In this document: one piece after another, positions 1 to 9,085 of the stretch
Numbering within the stretch: position 1 is the first letter of the stretch
Layout of the letters: every line of letters starts with the position of its first letter
Source: a virus
DNA: 64,000 nt
Strand: one strand, 5' to 3'
Virus record (IMG/VR): IMGVR_UViG_3300042503_001396
Coordinates: 3,738 to 67,737 of that record
Notes under the pieces: model-generated
The model's database searches: none
Told to the model about the DNA's origin: nothing
What the model saw: the letters and a program-made list of their open reading frames with translations, nothing else
Made by a program: the position numbers and the translations under genes

Positions 1-272
1 AGTGAACGATGATATCTATAAAATTGATTTTGTTTATTGTAATATTCTTCCCACAAATGTCTAAAGTGTTCCACATCTTCTTTATTTACAGAAATCTTAA
101 ACTCAAGATTTGGAATAAAAGTATCCGAATTTACACAGGAAGTATGTTCAATTTGAATTGATTTGTGTAGATGAAAATTGGGTTCTTTTATTTTTATATT
201 TTGAATATAATCATTAATATCATTTCGATGTTGAAGTAACTCTTCGTCTGTAAGTTTTGTAAAGTCAATCAT
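1..272 (-). CDS. hypothetical early protein (runs off the window edge)
   Basis: ATG at 272 (MIDFTKLTDEELLQ...), open to the edge, just downstream of repeat element 1. Confidence 0.6.
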   Translation of the reverse strand, partial: MIDFTKLTDEELLQHRNDINDYIQNIKIKEPNFHLHKSIQIEHTSCVNSDTFIPNLEFKISVNKEDVEHFRHLWEEYYNKQNQFYRYHRS

Positions 273-283
273 AAGGTTTCTAT

Positions 284-352
284 GTGTATGAAGTCATTAT
301 AGACCAAAAAGGGCACCTGTGGAGATGCCCTGTGCCAGTTCTTCAAGTGGTC
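284..352 (-). promoter_or_regulatory. early promoter/stem-loop repeat, copy 1
   Basis: GACCACTTGAAGAACTGGCAC box, 30 nt containing hairpin GGGCATCT-CCAC-AGGTGCCC-TTTTT, then TATAAT. Confidence 0.75.
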
Positions 353-718
353 TCAAACAAGACCACTTATCACATCATCAAGTGGATATGTTTTATCATT
401 AGTCAAATCAACAACAACAAATTTACTAAATTTACCCAAAGAATTTCCCTGCACCAAAACCTCAAAGTTAAGCAAAACTGGAGAAGCAGGAAGGATTTTA
501 ACAACGGTTTCTTTGTTACAACATCTAAGAGAACGACGAATTTCATCAGTGGATGAAAATACTCTCCGTCGTTTTTCAGAAACTCCCATCCTTAATACAC
601 ATTCCATAGTTTCTTTTTCTGGTTTAAGTGTGAAACGAGCATCGTCTGTTATAAAGTAAGAAAGATTTTTTTTACCCAACCACAAATCAAAATCTTTCAG
701 TTTGATGGCAAAAAACAT
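353..718 (-). CDS. hypothetical early protein
   Basis: ORF 353..793; the ATG at 718 lies downstream of repeat copy 2. Confidence 0.65.
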   Translation of the reverse strand: MFFAIKLKDFDLWLGKKNLSYFITDDARFTLKPEKETMECVLRMGVSEKRRRVFSSTDEIRRSLRCCNKETVVKILPASPVLLNFEVLVQGNSLGKFSKFVVVDLTNDKTYPLDDVISGLV

Positions 719-730
719 AATGTGTTTGTT

Positions 731-800
731 GTGTATGAGAGTATTATAGGGCAAAAAGGGCACCTGTGGAATGCTCTTGTGCCAGTTCTTCAAGTGTCCT
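731..800 (-). promoter_or_regulatory. early promoter/stem-loop repeat, copy 2
   Basis: GGACACTTGAAGAACTGGCAC-N30-TATAAT. Confidence 0.75.
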
Positions 801-984
801 CCGAAAATTCTGTAATAATAACCACATTTTCCATAGAACCTAGGTCATAAGCAATAAGAGCAATTCGGTGAGCAAAAGCGATTAGTTGTTCTTTAGTTGC
901 AGTATAATCATCTGGAAACACATCCATATACTGTTCAGCAAGTTCAAGGATTTCTTCATCTGCAATAATGTCCTGTTCAGTCAT
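790..984 (-). CDS. hypothetical acidic early protein
   Basis: 64-aa ORF whose stop lies inside the repeat box. Confidence 0.7.
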   Translation of the reverse strand: MTEQDIIADEEILELAEQYMDVFPDDYTATKEQLIAFAHRIALIAYDLGSMENVVIITEFSEDT

Positions 985-995
985 CAGTCCTTTGT

Positions 996-1066
996 GTGTA
1001 TGAGAGTATTATAGGGCATCAGGAGGCATCTGTGGAATGCTCTTGTGCCGGTTCTTCAAGTGTCCT
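996..1066 (-). promoter_or_regulatory. early promoter/stem-loop repeat, copy 3
   Basis: GGACACTTGAAGAACCGGCAC-N31-TATAAT. Confidence 0.75.
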
Positions 1067-1232
1067 TCTTTATACAAGTAATAAATCCACAACCTTCCTC
1101 AGCACACCCACACACAACATAAGCAGTATGCGCTGGTGCTTCAATCTCTCCTCGTTTTACTCTTGAGTTGAGAATATTCTGTGCTCTTATGGCAGCAGAA
1201 AGGTCTTTAGGTGTCATCCAACGAAAACTCAT
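1056..1232 (-). CDS. hypothetical protein (58 aa, Cys-rich C-terminus)
   Basis: manual translation MSFRWMTPKD...CGCAEEGCGFITCIKKDT; start overlaps the upstream stop. Confidence 0.6.
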   Translation of the reverse strand: MSFRWMTPKDLSAAIRAQNILNSRVKRGEIEAPAHTAYVVCGCAEEGCGFITCIKKDT

Positions 1233-1471
1233 TTTACTACCTCACATAGGGGGAACACTCTTACTTTTGAAATAAATCCCGGTTTTGTGTATTTGTCTCT
1301 ATAATCTGCTGCGAATACCCGTGCTTCATTTTGAGTTTCAAAAACTCCAAAGTATCGGTGAAGTGCTTCTACACCTTCATATTTGTTATAAAGTCCCACT
1401 ATCCACTTATGGTTGTGCGTTGGATAAGTATCGTTTTCAGCAATCCAGTCGTAGTATGCGTCCTTATTCAT
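1229..1471 (-). CDS. hypothetical protein
   Basis: 80-aa ORF coupled to its neighbours. Confidence 0.7.
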   Translation of the reverse strand: MNKDAYYDWIAENDTYPTHNHKWIVGLYNKYEGVEALHRYFGVFETQNEARVFAADYRDKYTKPGFISKVRVFPLCEVVK

Positions 1472-1742
1472 ACTTCTCTTCTATTTCTTTGACACGTTCC
1501 ATGAAACTATCCTCACCATGATCACCCGAATAAAGGTAATCAATATGCCTCATAATCTCTGCCATCTTACGCATCTTAGTAACCTGCTCTAACAGATATT
1601 CACAAACTTCTGGTGAATATTCGTGAGCAAAACCATACTCATCTTCCTCAAAGTTGTTACTAACTTCTGCTTCAAGTTCATCAGCAAATTGTGCTACATT
1701 GTAGTATTCGTAACCGCAGTCGTTGAAGTGTCCTCCCGAAAT
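1464..1742 (-). CDS. hypothetical protein (possible ATT start)
   Basis: AGGAGG 7 nt before ATT-TCG-GGA-GGA-CAC-TTC; acidic 92-aa product. Confidence 0.6.
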   Translation of the reverse strand: MSGGHFNDCGYEYYNVAQFADELEAEVSNNFEEDEYGFAHEYSPEVCEYLLEQVTKMRKMAEIMRHIDYLYSGDHGEDSFMERVKEIEEKYE

Positions 1743-1766
1743 GGTTCTTCCTCCTTTCTTTATAAG

Positions 1767-1827
1767 ACTATAATACCATAAACACAAAACAAAATCAAGT
1801 CCGTATGTGCCAGTTGTTCAAGATTCT
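1767..1827 (-). promoter_or_regulatory. early repeat, degenerate copy 4
   Basis: CTTGAACAACTGGCAC-N31-TATTAT. Confidence 0.55.
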
Positions 1828-1976
1828 TCTCCATATTCAGTAATAATACTATCAATCACATAATCTCCGTAAGCAATCAGAAGATTAGCAGTTGCGATTG
1901 CCATTGGCATAGTTTTATGCCTTTGATATCGTTTCTCTAAATCATTCTTGTAGTAGAAGGTAATAAGATAGGTCAT
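1818..1976 (-). CDS. hypothetical protein (52 aa)
   Basis: manual translation MTYLITFYYKND...; stop lies inside the repeat box. Confidence 0.55.
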   Translation of the reverse strand: MTYLITFYYKNDLEKRYQRHKTMPMAIATANLLIAYGDYVIDSIITEYGEES

Positions 1977-2170
1977 TTTTCTGCTCCAATTTCATCAAGT
2001 TTTTCATTCATAAAACCAGTCATATCAAGTGTTCGTGGATCTACACCTTCATCAAGACAATCAAGGTTAAATTCCATCACAGCACCAAGGATTAGACATG
2101 CTTTACGCTTATCATCCAGTGGTTGAGCAACATAACCAAGAATGTGCTCGTAGAGTTGGTCGTAGGTCAT
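1973..2170 (-). CDS. hypothetical protein
   Basis: 65-aa ORF with ATGA overlaps on both sides. Confidence 0.7.
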   Translation of the reverse strand: MTYDQLYEHILGYVAQPLDDKRKACLILGAVMEFNLDCLDEGVDPRTLDMTGFMNEKLDEIGAEK

Positions 2171-2361
2171 TGTTGTGCCTCAATAATGGATTTGATTTGT
2201 TTAAGGTCTTCTATTCGTTGTTTTGCTTCATCATACTGTTCACAATACCAATCAATGTCATTGTTCTCATAATTGGTTTCTTCCCTAATGTCCCATTCAA
2301 GGCATTGTAGGTGCCCTTCTTGGTCTTGTATGAAGTAGTTGAGAGTATCAAGGAGTGACAT
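2167..2361 (-). CDS. hypothetical protein
   Basis: 64-aa acidic coiled-coil-like ORF. Confidence 0.7.
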   Translation of the reverse strand: MSLLDTLNYFIQDQEGHLQCLEWDIREETNYENNDIDWYCEQYDEAKQRIEDLKQIKSIIEAQQ

Positions 2362-2629
2362 CTGGAACAGGAGGAGGGGGTGTTGGAGCAGGAAGTACGT
2401 TAGGTTGTGGTGCTACTGTTTGAACTGTAGGTTGTGGGAGATTTACAGGTTCTGGAGCAACTTGAGGTTGTTGTGCTTGATCCAGTTTCTTTTCCAGTTC
2501 CATTACCTTTTGATCCAGTGGACTCAAAGGAACTTCTTTCTGAGAATCTGCCAGTTTCCAACCAGTTGCTCCCGCAGCAAAGATACTTGCAAGAGCAGCA
2601 AAAACAGAAACAGTTTTAGAGAAACTCAT
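2348..2629 (-). CDS. membrane/exported proline-rich protein
   Basis: hydrophobic N-terminus and Pro/Gln-rich tail. Confidence 0.7.
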   Translation of the reverse strand: MSFSKTVSVFAALASIFAAGATGWKLADSQKEVPLSPLDQKVMELEKKLDQAQQPQVAPEPVNLPQPTVQTVAPQPNVLPAPTPPPPVPDVTP

Positions 2630-2841
2630 TCAATAACCTCCCAATGTGCGTCAGATTTGTCACCAAAACGGTTAGTACCAGTACGAGTACTAACCCAGAA
2701 GAAGTACTTGCGATTTTCAGAAGCAAGGAACAATTCACCACCAGTGTCCTGTTCTACAATACAAACAGGATTGTTGTCCATAGTATTAGCAAGACGGTTC
2801 TTCGCTTTGCTGGACTTGGGTTTTACGATTACTCGTCGCAT
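2626..2841 (-). CDS. hypothetical protein
   Basis: 71-aa ORF in operon. Confidence 0.7.
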   Translation of the reverse strand: MRRVIVKPKSSKAKNRLANTMDNNPVCIVEQDTGGELFLASENRKYFFWVSTRTGTNRFGDKSDAHWEVIE

Positions 2842-3233
2842 TGGTCTTTCTCATCAGTCAGAACAGTTCCCATAGGACCTTTTTTAAGTCGTGCCCACTC
2901 TTCTTCTGCTTCTCGCATATCATCAAACTTCTTCTTCAGGTCTTCACCCAAAGTCAGTTCAAACTCATCAGCAACCTTACGCATATTTTCTACACTTTTC
3001 TCTTCACCAAATGCAAGACCACAACTACCTTTCATAATGCTGATTTCACTGTGACCCATTGCACGAGCAACAGTCTCAAAGAAGCGAAACAGTTGATAAA
3101 TGTTAAGGTCTTCGGCAGGAACCTGAAAAGTATAATGCTCTTCAGGGAGCACCGTATCATCAAAACCACTACTATAATTGGTGGAAGTCCATTCAGAATC
3201 AAACTGAACTTTCAGGGTTGCTTTGTAAGTCAT
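2829..3233 (-). CDS. hypothetical protein
   Basis: 134-aa ORF directly downstream of repeat copy 5. Confidence 0.75.
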   Translation of the reverse strand: MTYKATLKVQFDSEWTSTNYSSGFDDTVLPEEHYTFQVPAEDLNIYQLFRFFETVARAMGHSEISIMKGSCGLAFGEEKSVENMRKVADEFELTLGEDLKKKFDDMREAEEEWARLKKGPMGTVLTDEKDQCDE

Positions 3234-3245
3234 TGGTCTGTTGTT

Positions 3246-3313
3246 GTACGAGAGTATTATAGGGCATCATAGGAAACTTTGAAGTGTCCTTGTGCCAGTT
3301 CTTCAAGTGTCCT
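3246..3313 (-). promoter_or_regulatory. early promoter/stem-loop repeat, copy 5
   Basis: GGACACTTGAAGAACTGGCAC-N30-TATAAT. Confidence 0.75.
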
Positions 3314-3471
3314 CACTTATCCCCCAACTTTACACCTATGTCTTTATCAGTTAGGTCATTATATAAAAGTCTAGCAAAAATAAGGTGTGGTTTTTCTCTT
3401 GTTTCTATTGCGGAACTAGTTGCCACTGCCCAAATTATATCCAGTTCTCTTTTATCAGGTAAAGTCTTCAT
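3313..3471 (-). CDS. hypothetical protein (52 aa)
   Basis: manual translation MKTLPDKRELD...; fills the gap in the operon. Confidence 0.55.
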   Translation of the reverse strand: MKTLPDKRELDIIWAVATSSAIETREKPHLIFARLLYNDLTDKDIGVKLGDK

Positions 3472-3790
3472 CATTTAACTCCACATCATCAGTAAGTTCT
3501 TTAATTCTATCAAAGAAATCTTCATCAAGAGGATATACTTTTTCTTCACCACGATCGATTCTGTCGCACATTTCCATCAGGTACTCAAGAAACTCTTTGG
3601 GAAGGGTTTCATCAAGGTTGATAGAAGTCCAGAACCAATTATAACATTCTTCATATGGGTCATCATTTTTTAAAAGAGCATAGTCCTTATAGTTTCCACT
3701 GATGAGATCTCGCCACATCTTGAAATTGTTTCCAATCTCACGCCAACCAGTTTGCAGGCAGTGACCGAAATAATACTCAAACCAATTCAT
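3455..3790 (-). CDS. hypothetical protein
   Basis: ORF; probable ATG at 3790 (MNWFEYY). Confidence 0.7.
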   Translation of the reverse strand: MNWFEYYFGHCLQTGWREIGNNFKMWRDLISGNYKDYALLKNDDPYEECYNWFWTSINLDETLPKEFLEYLMEMCDRIDRGEEKVYPLDEDFFDRIKELTDDVELNDEDFT

Positions 3791-4049
3791 TTTTTTGACC
3801 ATAAAATAACTCATCACGCCAGTTACGACCAGCAATATCAAAAGTAAATCCTACTCTACCAATAGAGAACAGGCAGGAGAACAGTTTACCATATCCCATA
3901 GAGATTTGCAAATAAGGAAACTCAATCCATTTTCCATATTCACCACAATCAATTGCAAATTGAAGAAGCGAATAATGTTTTGTGGTACAGAGAGTAAAAT
4001 AATACTCTTTACCATAATCATCTCTCACTCCATAGTTAAAAAGTTTCAT
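3777..4049 (-). CDS. hypothetical protein
   Basis: 90-aa ORF. Confidence 0.7.
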   Translation of the reverse strand: MKLFNYGVRDDYGKEYYFTLCTTKHYSLLQFAIDCGEYGKWIEFPYLQISMGYGKLFSCLFSIGRVGFTFDIAGRNWRDELFYGQKNELV

Positions 4050-4357
4050 CAGTCTCTCCTCATATCATCATCAGTTCTAAAAAAATCTGCAATATCATCC
4101 GGACCATCAAACCTTGTACGGTGCTCTGATGGGTCAGGATGCCCCAAATCCATAATATTTAAAAATTCATCCAGACTTCCTTCTTTCATATTGGGATTTG
4201 ATGCCTTTCGTCTTGCCTGACGGAGTATTGTAGCGGCAGAACGATTTGCTTTTGCAAGTTTTTCTGCCCAGATCATATCTTCCAGAGTTACTTCCCCACC
4301 ATTTACAATTCTGTCACAAATAAATTCAAGGCGAAAACGATATTTTGTAGAAAGCAT
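4049..4357 (-). CDS. conserved cyanophage hypothetical protein
   Basis: 102-aa ORF (MLSTKYRFRLEFIC...). Confidence 0.75.
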   Translation of the reverse strand: MLSTKYRFRLEFICDRIVNGGEVTLEDMIWAEKLAKANRSAATILRQARRKASNPNMKEGSLDEFLNIMDLGHPDPSEHRTRFDGPDDIADFFRTDDDMRRD

Positions 4358-4376
4358 AAGTTTTTTTAGATTTGAG

Positions 4377-4616
4377 TTATTTATTTTTAAATTCTATCTC
4401 TTTTTGCATCTCTTTTGCAAGTTTATATGCTCGTCTCCACATTAAATACTTCACAATCGGATTTGCAGGATTGTGAAGTATCCACCACTTTGTTTTTTCG
4501 TATTGAACTCTAGCAAGTTGAGTCAGCATATAAAATGCTCTCGCTACTGATTGGTCTGTAACAATCAAATATCCAATACAAAAGAATATAATGAAGTAAA
4601 TGTATAGAGGAGTCAT
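4377..4616 (-). CDS. hypothetical membrane protein
   Basis: 79 aa with an N-terminal hydrophobic helix. Confidence 0.7.
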   Translation of the reverse strand: MTPLYIYFIIFFCIGYLIVTDQSVARAFYMLTQLARVQYEKTKWWILHNPANPIVKYLMWRRAYKLAKEMQKEIEFKNK

Positions 4617-4617
4617 T

Positions 4618-4782
4618 TTAATCTTTTTTAATCTTCACGGGACAGGTTGGAATTACTTTTTTTATTTCTTCAATAAGTTCAGTTTTAATATAATTTGGCA
4701 AATTTCTTTGAGATTGAATGCGACTCAAAATGTTTTGTGCTTGACTACAAGTAATCGTTGTAGTAAGAAATAGAGCAATCAT
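4618..4782 (-). CDS. hypothetical protein (54 aa)
   Basis: manual translation MIALFLTTITCSQ... Confidence 0.5.
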   Translation of the reverse strand: MIALFLTTTITCSQAQNILSRIQSQRNLPNYIKTELIEEIKKVIPTCPVKIKKD

Positions 4783-4808
4783 CGATCTCTTTGATTCTTA
4801 AAGATTAT

Positions 4809-5015
4809 TTATTGGGCAAATCCCTTACTCTTAACTTTTTGTTTATCTTTGACGATTATAACATCTAAAAAATCTGGAATCTGACTGTTTTGATACCAAT
4901 ACACCTGAGTGTCCTCCCAATTGTCGAAAAATACCTTTTTGCTATTTTTCAGCACAACTTCATAGTCGTGCTTATCATAAGGAGCATCAGAGGTGCAAGT
5001 GAATAGTTGAGTCAT
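4809..5015 (-). CDS. hypothetical protein
   Basis: 68-aa ORF with a KSKGF-type C-terminus typical of cyanophage proteins. Confidence 0.7.
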   Translation of the reverse strand: MTQLFTCTSDAPYDKHDYEVVLKNSKKVFFDNWEDTQVYWYQNSQIPDFLDVIIVKDKQKVKSKGFAQ

Positions 5016-5236
5016 AGAAACTTATCCAGTGAAGAAAGCGATGCACCTTTTGCGGACTTTTGAATGTAGGTTTTTGCGGACTTATAATTGTTGCAAGTGT
5101 GAACTTGTTGCCCTTCGTGAAGAATTACAAACTTCTTTCCACAGGGAACTGCTACCCATTCACCATTTTTGGTTACATATCCATTAGGATCTCCTGGTGT
5201 TGGATTTAGAAGAGTTTCATTTTGTACATTATTCAT
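5012..5236 (-). CDS. hypothetical protein
   Basis: 3' part of ORF 5012..5509; ATG at 5236 is coupled to the upstream stop. Confidence 0.65.
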   Translation of the reverse strand: MNNVQNETLLNPTPGDPNGYVTKNGEWVAVPCGKKFVILHEGQQVHTCNNYKSAKTYIQKSAKGASLSSLDKFL

Positions 5237-5376
5237 TAAAACACAATTGTAGAGGACATTACACGGGCATTTGGATATTGAGAAAGAGCAACCTGAATTG
5301 CTTCTTGACGATTGCGAGCATAACATTCCACATAGAATGTTTGACCACTGACCATACAGGTGACACGATGTTTCAT
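5236..5376 (-). CDS. hypothetical protein (46 aa)
   Basis: manual translation MKHRVTCMVSGQ...; GAGG SD upstream. Confidence 0.55.
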   Translation of the reverse strand: MKHRVTCMVSGQTFYVECYARNRQEAIQVALSQYPNARVMSSTIVF

Positions 5377-5387
5377 AATTAAATACC

Positions 5388-6626
5388 TCAGCGTTTGATG
5401 GTGGAGATTGCAGGTTCGCCTTGAACAAAAATTGTCTCAGCGACACTCTGCAATCGTTTGGCGGTTGCAATACCAGTATTACTATACACGGGAACATGAA
5501 TGAAACCATAGGACTTCACATAATCTTCCGTTTTACCAGGAGTCAAAGTCCCTTCTGAGAGGCGCTTAGAATCGTCTGGATGGAGGCGAATCACCCTACC
5601 GATGGTCTGTGCCATAGCAATGTAATCCATGTTCCTCATGAGGACACAGGAGGTCAATCCTGGGCAGTTGATACCTTCAGAAAGAATACTATAGTGAAGA
5701 ATGATGAACTTCTTTGCAGGATCCTTACCCCATGCAGTCAAAGTGTCAAAGAATACTTCACGGGAAACCTTTTGATTGTTGATGAATGCACCATACTTAG
5801 CAGTCACCCACAGTACATCATAACCATAAGACTGAACCTCTGACATAAAATCAGTTTCTGCAAGCATACGAATCAATACTTTGGTATTCGGTGCTGCCAC
5901 CAGAACCTTCTGCATGTTATCTTCATTAAGAATCGTGTCCAGAAGAGTCATGCAATCACGTTCTGCTGCATCATCTTTGTCACGAATCGAATCAATCTTC
6001 TGAACATTGATTTGAGGTTGAACAATAAATCCACCCTCTACAAGTTCAGGAGCAGGAACATTGCAGATCACCTGACCATACACTGATCCATCATTCATAC
6101 CAGGTTTGGAAATCGTAGCAGAATGCTTAGGAGTAGCAGTGAAGAAATAGCAACGATCAGCAGTAGCAGAGAAGTGTTTTGTAGCAGGGAAAAAGTGATT
6201 CTTAACGCTGTTGTGTGCTTCATCAAAGTAAATAGTATCAACGTGAATATCTGCTTGCTGAAGACGTTGCAGAGAGTTGTAGGTAGTGAAGATCAGTTTG
6301 TGACCTTTGACCTGATAATTCCAAGCAAAGATCTTACTGGGATTAGTCGTGCTAAAGTGATGTGTCTCACCAGAGTGTACATGCATCACAGAAGCATTGG
6401 TGATGTGCTCCAAGAATTCTGCAGACAACTGCTCTGCAAGCATGATACGTGGAGCAACCACTACAATTGTTTGAGGATCGCTATTGGAAAACTCTCTGAT
6501 AGCATCAGCAATCATGGTCAGAGTTTTACCAGAACCGGTTGGCATGATTAGTTGACCAATGCAATACTTGATCATGGCATCAAGACCACGTTGCTGGTGA
6601 GGTCGGAGTTGGATCACTGGTTTCAT
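5388..6626 (-). CDS. superfamily 2 (DEAH/ResIII-like) helicase
   Basis: Q motif LRPHQ, Walker A PTGSGKT, DEAH, TAT motif III, QTIGRVIR motif VI. Confidence 0.9.
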   Translation of the reverse strand: MKPVIQLRPHQQRGLDAMIKYCIGQLIMPTGSGKTLTMIADAIREFSNSDPQTIVVVAPRIMLAEQLSAEFLEHITNASVMHVHSGETHHFSTTNPSKIFAWNYQVKGHKLIFTTYNSLQRLQQADIHVDTIYFDEAHNSVKNHFFPATKHFSATADRCYFFTATPKHSATISKPGMNDGSVYGQVICNVPAPELVEGGFIVQPQINVQKIDSIRDKDDAAERDCMTLLDTILNEDNMQKVLVAAPNTKVLIRMLAETDFMSEVQSYGYDVLWVTAKYGAFINNQKVSREVFFDTLTAWGKDPAKKFIILHYSILSEGINCPGLTSCVLMRNMDYIAMAQTIGRVIRLHPDDSKRLSEGTLTPGKTEDYVKSYGFIHVPVYSNTGIATAKRLQSVAETIFVQGEPAISTIKR

Positions 6627-6627
6627 T

Positions 6628-6699
6628 GCGTATGAGGATATTATAGCATCAAAAAACCCCCTATGCAGGGGGTGGAGTGGACGGTCTCTTAAGTGTCCT
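6628..6699 (-). promoter_or_regulatory. early promoter/stem-loop repeat, copy 6
   Basis: GGACACTTAAGAGACCGTCCAC, hairpin CCCCCT-GCAT-AGGGGG-TTTTTT, TATAAT. Confidence 0.6.
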
Positions 6700-6752
6700 A
6701 TGAAGCTTTAGATTCTCATCTTCAACCGGGACAAAGGTAGTCTATATGGTTT

Positions 6753-8552
6753 TTAGTAGAGTGTCAAGCTTGTAGATCCAACACCAACAACTGTGAATGT
6801 TAGAGTGTTTCCAGATACTGTAATTTTTACTGGATTTGTAACTCCAATACCACTTGTAAATCCATTTTGTGATGTAGTTACACCAGTAACATTCAGTTGT
6901 GTTAGAGATCCTGTACCACCATTTACATTTGTTGCTGTTGTTGCAGTTCCTGTTAGGTTTCCAACAAAAGTTGTTGCTGTTACAATACCAGTGCTATTGA
7001 TATTAGTAATGTTGGCATTTGTAGCAATGAGATTTGATCCTTGAATAGTTCCAGATGCTCTTAGTCCACTTGCGGTGATAGCAACACCTGGACCAAATAC
7101 AGGATCTCCACCAACAAAGAATTCATATGAGTTGCTGGAAATTGTACTTGTGGATATTCCTAATCTTGATAAAGTTGTGATTCCAAGGTTTCCTGTGAGA
7201 GATCCATTGAATGTAATATCTCCAGTTACATTCAAATTGTTTGAAACAATTAGATTACTACTAATCGTTGTAATTCCAGTAATATAAGAAGTTCCTACTA
7301 CATATAATTTACTCGTTGGGTTAGTGATACCTAGTCCCAGATTTCCATTATAAGTAAGAGACATTACTGGACTTGAAGGATTTTGTCCATAAATCCAATG
7401 GAAAGCACCAGTTCCTAATCCTGCAGTTCCATAGTCAAGATAATAGTTGACATTTCCAGCAGTTGAGTTTATAATATCTAAAGATGTTGGAGTACTATAC
7501 AAATAGAATGTATCTGTATTTCCAGTTCTTACTTCTGCACTTCTACCTATACCAATTGTAGCAATATTATTTCTACTGATTACACGGATTGAAGAAATGC
7601 CTAATTTATTAACTTCAATATCTGCTTCTGGTTCTGAGGTGGTTCCTACCCCAACTTTTGCAGGGAAACCAACAACATAAAGTGCTTGTGTTACTGTTGC
7701 AATTCCAGTTGATGTAAATCCACTATTTACCGATCCAACTGAAACAGTACCTCCAGAAGTTAAAGTTGTTGCTGTCGTTGCGGTTCCTGTTAGGTTTCCT
7801 TCAAATGTAGTGGCGGTTATAACTCCAACAGAGATATTAGAAGGAAGTCTAGAATTACTTAATGTTCCAGATGTAATGTTATCTGCACTAATAGCGGTTA
7901 GACCTGCACCAGATCCAACAAAAGATGATGCTGTAATGATACCTGATAATCTAATACTTGATGGGAAGAATGAAGTGCTTAAAGTTCCCGATGTTATATT
8001 AGAAGCATTAAGTGCTGATAAATTAACACCACTTCCAGAAAAAGATGTTGCAGTAACTATTCCATTACTATAAACATCACCTGTAGAATTGATACCAATA
8101 CCCGAAGAATATACAAGAGGATTTGCTCCGACTTGTAAAGAAAATGCAGGGTTTGTGGTTGCTATTCCCACATTTCCTACAGCGTAAATTCTAGAAAAAC
8201 CTGCTCCTGGATTTGCATCTACCCACTGTGATGTTGGTAGGTTTGATAATTTAGAACCGTCTCCATAATAAGTTACAACTCCAGAAGTGGCAGTTATAAT
8301 TCCTGAAGTTATTGATGTTATACCAATGTTTATTGTTGTAAATGAGGAAATTCCAGATAGATTGAAAATTTGAGTTTTTATTTCTGTAGCACTCAAAATT
8401 CCAACTACTCTTGCGTCTCCGTAGACATTTAACAAGTAGTCTTTTGGTATAGTTGTTCCAATACCAACTAGACCATTTTCATTGACAATAAAATTATCAT
8501 TATCAACTTGAACTCCATTCCTAAAATTAAATGATTTGTTATAATTTGCCAT
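6753..8552 (-). CDS. tail fibre/virion structural protein
   Basis: G/T/S/N-rich with repeated [10 protein letters not shown]-type and GIVTATSF motifs. Confidence 0.75.
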   Translation of the reverse strand: MANYNKSFNFRNGVQVDNDNFIVNENGLVGIGTTIPKDYLLNVYGDARVVGILSATEIKTQIFNLSGISSFTTINIGITSITSGIITATSGVVTYYGDGSKLSNLPTSQWVDANPGAGFSRIYAVGNVGIATTNPAFSLQVGANPLVYSSGIGINSTGDVYSNGIVTATSFSGSGVNLSALNASNITSGTLSTSFFPSSIRLSGIITASSFVGSGAGLTAISADNITSGTLSNSRLPSNISVGVITATTFEGNLTGTATTATTLTSGGTVSVGSVNSGFTSTGIATVTQALYVVGFPAKVGVGTTSEPEADIEVNKLGISSIRVISRNNIATIGIGRSAEVRTGNTDTFYLYSTPTSLDIINSTAGNVNYYLDYGTAGLGTGAFHWIYGQNPSSPVMSLTYNGNLGLGITNPTSKLYVVGTSYITGITTISSNLIVSNNLNVTGDITFNGSLTGNLGITTLSRLGISTSTISSNSYEFFVGGDPVFGPGVAITASGLRASGTIQGSNLIATNANITNINSTGIVTATTFVGNLTGTATTATNVNGGTGSLTQLNVTGVTTSQNGFTSGIGVTNPVKITVSGNTLTFTVVGVGSTSLTLY

Positions 8553-8572
8553 CTTGGAGACTTTTTAAGTAT

Positions 8573-9067
8573 TTATGAAACTCTCATAATGAAAGCAAGA
8601 GCATAGTATGGAGGTCTGTTTTCGTGTGCTTCTCCTCCACCTTGTGCATTAAATGTTATTCCTGTAGTGTTAGGTCCGCTCTGCGAATCAGACGTATTGC
8701 TACCACCACCTCCAACAGAATTTCCAGGACCTCCGATCTGGTTATAAAGTTGGTGAGAGTGTCCAGGATCATTAAAATTGTGATTGTGAGAAGGAATTTG
8801 TGCTATTGTAAGACCAACACTATTAGCACCACCATTATCTCCTGGACTATATCCTGTTGTTCCTGCTACAGTGGGATTATCTCCACCAGCACCAACGATA
8901 AATCTTTCTCTTAAATCTGGAGTTCCTCCAGAACCATTGCAAAGTGCCCATCCAGTTGGAATGGTTGCAATGGATCCAGACCACATAATAATTCCACCAA
9001 TTGGAATTGTTCCTGATGCCTCGTTTCCAAAAGTATCGCCTAATAAAGTTGCTTGTGTAACTGACAT
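8573..9067 (-). CDS. tail collar-domain protein
   Basis: IPIGGIIMW...GWALCNG...PDLRERF, HxH motifs, ENRPPYYALAFIMR. Confidence 0.8.
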   Translation of the reverse strand: MSVTQATLLGDTFGNEASGTIPIGGIIMWSGSIATIPTGWALCNGSGGTPDLRERFIVGAGGDNPTVAGTTGYSPGDNGGANSVGLTIAQIPSHNHNFNDPGHSHQLYNQIGGPGNSVGGGGSNTSDSQSGPNTTGITFNAQGGGEAHENRPPYYALAFIMRVS

Positions 9068-9085
9068 AATTCTTATCTCCTTATA

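Noticed and set aside
284-3313. Early repeats as a CRISPR array or integron attC sites
   Set aside because: Spacing is irregular and gene-sized, the repeats carry TATAAT promoters, and there is no cas operon or integrase in the window
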